This document shows positions 60,843 through 64,000 of a stretch of 64,000 bases of DNA, piece after piece (within the stretch, counting starts at the first letter, position 1; the number at the start of each line of letters is the position of its first letter). Origin of the DNA: an uncultured delta proteobacterium (GTDB lineage Bacteria; Desulfobacterota; Desulfomonilia; UBA1062); NCBI GenBank assembly GCA_963798485.1, contig CAWCTR010000008.1, positions 177,835 through 241,834 on the forward strand. Direction: 5' to 3'. Made by a program: the position numbers and the translations under genes. The notes beneath the pieces are model-generated. The model was not told the origin of the DNA. It searched no databases and saw only the letters and a list, made by a program, of their open reading frames with translations.

Positions 60843-61701
60843 TAATCGGCCCAGAAGTTTTTGGACAATGCCCGGCGTCTCTGCCAGAGGCCGCCCTTTT
60901 CGGTAAAGTTCGTAACACCGCTGCCCTTGTCTGCGTCCTCAACCTCCCAGAAGCCGTTTACCGCGCCGCTTAAGCCTCCGGAGAGCATTTCAAACCCCTG
61001 GGCGGTGTACAGATCAGTCTCACACCCGCGGTTGATTATGTATTTGAGCTGGCGGCACGCCTGCTGGTTCTTGCAGCGGAGCACTTCCAGTAAGGCATCA
61101 AGCTCCGTATCAAGCCTGTCGTTGTCCACCACGCGGTTCCACAAACCCCACCGAACAGCCCGCTCGGCAGTCATAAGGGCGCCGATGATGTTGATTTCTT
61201 TTGTCCTCCTCTTCCCGATGTATCTCGAAAGGCGCGTTGTACCTCCCCATCCTGGGGTTATGCCGCTGTCCACTTCGGGCATGCCCCAGCGCGCGCGTTG
61301 GGTGGCTATGACAAAGTCGCATGCCATGGTGATCTCCAGGCCCCCCCCACGGCAAGACCGTCCACTGCACATATGGTGAGCTTATCCAGTTCTTCCAGGG
61401 AATTGGCCATATCCTGGTAGATGCGAACCCTGCGCATCACGCCGTTCGCGCCCTGGGTGCTTTTGCCGTGTTCATCGTCCCCCCACCTGAGCATCTCCTT
61501 GATGTCATCACCTGCGCAGAAGGTGTTCCCTGCACCCTTGATGACAAGGAACTTGGTGTCCGTCGAGAGTTTGACCTTTTGTATCGCATCAACAAGCATA
61601 TCCGACATTTCCATGCTCAAGGCATTGCGGACTTCGGGACGGTTGAGGATGATCCGGGCAGTATCCCCTTCCATGGTTAAAAGCAGCGGTTTGTGGTTCA
61701 T
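60843..61701 (-). pseudogene. Enoyl-CoA hydratase/isomerase, frameshifted at a G8 run
   Basis: N part LNRPEVRNAL, FCAGDD (61306..61701); C part GGGLE, PEV..G..PGWGG (60842..61372); one more G at 61341-61348 restores AVGGGLE. Confidence 0.88.
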
Positions 61702-61766
61702 GCAATCCTCCTTTTTTTCGATCCATATTAACTTGCAAATTAAAAGCTAATTAATAGTAACAAATC

Positions 61767-61785
61767 AGCTTGCTATTTACAAGCT
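61767..61785. promoter_or_regulatory. Palindrome between divergent ECH and HxlR genes, probable operator
   Basis: agcttg-ctattta-caagct, with a weaker copy (aacttgcaaattaaaagct) at ~61730. Confidence 0.5.
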
Positions 61786-61820
61786 AATTTTATTATGCTG
61801 GTCTCTCTCTCGGAGGATAT

Positions 61821-62279
61821 ATGGCTGAAAAGAAAAACCCCTCACGATTTCAAGCATGCTCTGTGGCCCGGTCTCTGGAGATACTGGGGGATCGATGGAT
61901 CTTCCTGATCCTCAGGGAATCATTCTTCGGTGTCCGGAATTATGACCAGTTCCAAACAAACCTTGGAATTGCCACCAACATACTCTCAGGACGCCTGAAA
62001 ACCCTGGTCGATAACGGGATCATGGAAAAACTCCAAGACAAGGATGACAAGAGAAAAGGCACATACAAGCTCACGGAAAAGGGACTTGACCTCTATTCGA
62101 TCACCCTGGCGTTCATGCAGTGGGGCGACAAATGGCTTTCAGGAGATAAAGGCCCCCCCCTTGTTCTCCACCATAAGCAATGCGGACACCGGCTTGAGCC
62201 TGTCATATCCTGCAAACATTGCAAAAAGATCGTGAAGGCAAAGGATGTCGTCTATGACGAGAGTCAGGAGAGAGAATGA
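61821..62279 (+). CDS. HxlR-family winged-helix regulator
   Basis: CSVARSLEILGDRWIFLILRE, Y.LTEKG.DL, WGD, H..CG. Confidence 0.93.
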   Translation: MAEKKNPSRFQACSVARSLEILGDRWIFLILRESFFGVRNYDQFQTNLGIATNILSGRLKTLVDNGIMEKLQDKDDKRKGTYKLTEKGLDLYSITLAFMQWGDKWLSGDKGPPLVLHHKQCGHRLEPVISCKHCKKIVKAKDVVYDESQERE

Positions 62280-62511
62280 CAAACATGCACCGGCAGCATT
62301 GATTGTGAAAAAACCATGTTTGGAGACCTGGGGGAGAACTGGGGTTTTGCTTTTTGCTTTAATAAACTGTATATGTCCCGATTAGCAAAAAAACCTGACT
62401 CCTCGCTTTTCCCAAACTCCCGGTGACCAAGGCCGAAAAATAAATGTCCCCTTTTTGTCAGGAGGAAGCAAGAGAAATAGGCGCAGTCCCTATTATACTC
62501 ATGATGGTGAT

Positions 62512-62570
62512 AGCAGACGGGGGAACTCAGCCGCGCGCTTTAGCGCGTCGGCTGGAGCGAATTGTCGGCT
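62512..62570 (-). mobile_element. attC-like (59-base element) site with atypical GAC/GTC core
   Basis: Minus strand: agccgac-aattc-gctccagc-cgacgcgctaaagcgcgcg-gctgagt-tccccc-gtctgct; 59 bp, R''/L''/L'/R' layout. Confidence 0.55.
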
Positions 62571-62720
62571 TGAGTCTTCTGGGTTCAAGACGAACAACGT
62601 CATGCCCTGAAGTTTCCTGAACACGGCGCAGGTCTGCGCAGATTTCTGATAGCTCACCATGGAATTTTATCGTATGTTCCTTGCGGTGCTTTCGTACTTC
62701 TTCAACGATAGGGTCTTTCA
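62527..62720 (-). CDS. Small partner (putative antitoxin) of PIN toxin
   Basis: MKDPIVEEVRKHRKEH..F..EL..I..DL; start overlaps the toxin stop (ATGA). Confidence 0.7.
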
Positions 62721-62970
62721 TCGTTCTACCTCCAGGAGTTCTTCGGGTGAGCATATCTCCGGACAACTATATCTTTGAGCTTCTACGATCTTTCTTACCT
62801 TCTTACGAGTAAACGGATTATTGAGATGAGCGAAGTTTGTTATATCTTGATGATAGTTCGGCCCAAAGCTCCCGAGTGGCCTCTTGGTGACCGGCAATCA
62901 TAATGTCTCGGCTTGGCTTGGCAGTGAGATAACTCACAACAGTCGTTTCAATGTAAACATGTTTCTTCAT
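62717..62970 (-). pseudogene. PIN-domain (VapC-like) toxin with internal deletion and frameshift
   Basis: N-terminus MKKHVYIETTVVSYL..HQ..T..LW joined out of frame to C-terminus NFAHLNN..CPEICSPEEL; the middle is missing. Confidence 0.75.
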
Positions 62971-63186
62971 GATTGAATGATAGCATGTTTCATAGGTATC
63001 TAAAAACTCCTCGGTTAAACGTGACATTTGAAGCAGGCTTATTGTCATTATTGAAGATCTGATCTCCAGTTGCCTTTCAAAAGTTTGGATTAAGTTAATG
63101 TGAACCTGTTCCCTTTTGTCTTAAAAGATATTTTATTAAACGATCCATTAATGTATAATGACCTTATTGAAAAAGGAGACAATCCC

Positions 63187-63360
63187 ATGGCTGAACGTGT
63201 TAAATCCTCAGACCATAAAAAAGATGTCGTACAGGTAAGAAATCCTCGAACCGGACATTATGTTAAAATTGACCGTGAAGCAGGGAAAATTATTGCAAAC
63301 AAAATTAGTAGCGGGCCATTTAAGGGTGTGCCTATTGCGAGAAGAAGGAAAACTGGTTGA
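63187..63360 (+). CDS. Small basic hypothetical protein (57 aa)
   Basis: RBS aaggag; VQVRNPRTGHYVKID...GPFKGVP; stop overlaps the next start (TTGA). Confidence 0.7.
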   Translation: MAERVKSSDHKKDVVQVRNPRTGHYVKIDREAGKIIANKISSGPFKGVPIARRRKTG

Positions 63361-63995
63361 TTTATAATCCAACCACAGGCGAAGTAGCAGCTGCTGTTCA
63401 CAAATATCGCCCACGAACATGTTTCTTAATGACTCAGCTTGGTAAACCAATCCCCTCTATTGTTGCTAAAATACGTTCAAAACTGAGTAGAATTCTCGAT
63501 GATAATAATTATCAAATAATAGATGCAGGTTCGAAAGTCACAGGACGTGATTTTCTCCAGAAAATATGGGGTCTTATTCTCTCCGTTCCAATTGGCATCG
63601 CCATTATAGATAAAGATATGAAGTCTACCACCATCCAAAATGTTTTCTATGAAATAGGCGTCATGCAAGCATTTGGTAAAGAAACAATAGTTATCAAAAC
63701 TACAGGGACAGAAGTTCCATCCGATTTTCTACGGGATGAATACATTGAACATGATCGCCACTTTAATTCAAAAATAAAAAAGTTCCTGAGCGAATGTGAG
63801 GAACTCGTGAAACATTACGAATTTATGGCAGATGATTTGAAAAAGAACCCAGTCTTGTCTGTTGATTATTATCGGAGGGCTTATCTTTTATCTGGAAAAA
63901 CTTCTTATCGATCACTAGCCCGTACCCTTATTTCAAGTTCTCCAAAACCTATTGAATGTTTAGATTGTTCAGCATTAGAGCGTTCCTGGTTTTAA
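63357..63995 (+). CDS. Nucleoside 2-deoxyribosyltransferase/TIR-like fold protein, candidate defence effector
   Basis: CFLMT...KIWGLI...IAIID...NVFYEIG...AFGK.TIVI...VPSD; helical C-terminus; AT-rich. Confidence 0.65.
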   Translation: MIYNPTTGEVAAAVHKYRPRTCFLMTQLGKPIPSIVAKIRSKLSRILDDNNYQIIDAGSKVTGRDFLQKIWGLILSVPIGIAIIDKDMKSTTIQNVFYEIGVMQAFGKETIVIKTTGTEVPSDFLRDEYIEHDRHFNSKIKKFLSECEELVKHYEFMADDLKKNPVLSVDYYRRAYLLSGKTSYRSLARTLISSSPKPIECLDCSALERSWF

Positions 63996-64000
63996 GAAAG

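Noticed and set aside
62290-62500. Fragments resembling REP-transposase flanking motifs (tgtcccc, cagtccct; also 60720-60830)
   Set aside because: Too degenerate to define arms or boundaries by eye.

Overview
Bacterial chromosomal window, probably from an anaerobic Desulfobacterota/deltaproteobacterium (inferred from gene content only). From left to right: (1) the probable end of an island with a partial TetR gene and an AbiEi/AbiEii type IV toxin-antitoxin pair, bounded by two tandem copies of a tmRNA-3'-end-like att sequence and a possible integrase fragment; (2) tetR-tolC and surface lipoproteins (IPT plus 7-repeat propeller; PKD); (3) a sigma-54/enhancer-driven locus for a ~2400-aa repetitive PEP-CTERM protein broken by five +1 frameshifts; (4) prfC; (5) a TetR-controlled operon (extended SDR, SCP2-like protein, ThDP enzyme, Zn dehydrogenase); (6) a CdaA-YbbR diadenylate cyclase, acyl-CoA ligase, Nudix and HAD genes; (7) a complete group 1 [NiFe]-hydrogenase operon with hypACDBFE; (8) hsp20-lon, an ABC substrate-binding protein, HtrA, a HAD-TIM barrel fusion, a CoA transferase and an FKBP; (9) a three-gene exported module (multi-Ig scaffold, transthyretin-like protein, Zn-phospholipase C/nuclease-like protein), which is the best candidate for an undescribed system; (10) a propeller lipoprotein, a frameshifted enoyl-CoA hydratase with HxlR, a decayed PIN toxin-antitoxin cassette with an attC-like site, and an AT-rich two-gene candidate defence module at the right edge. 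Several REP/MITE-like palindromes lie between genes. No rRNA, intact tRNA or CRISPR array was seen. All family assignments come from recognising motifs by eye; no searches were run.
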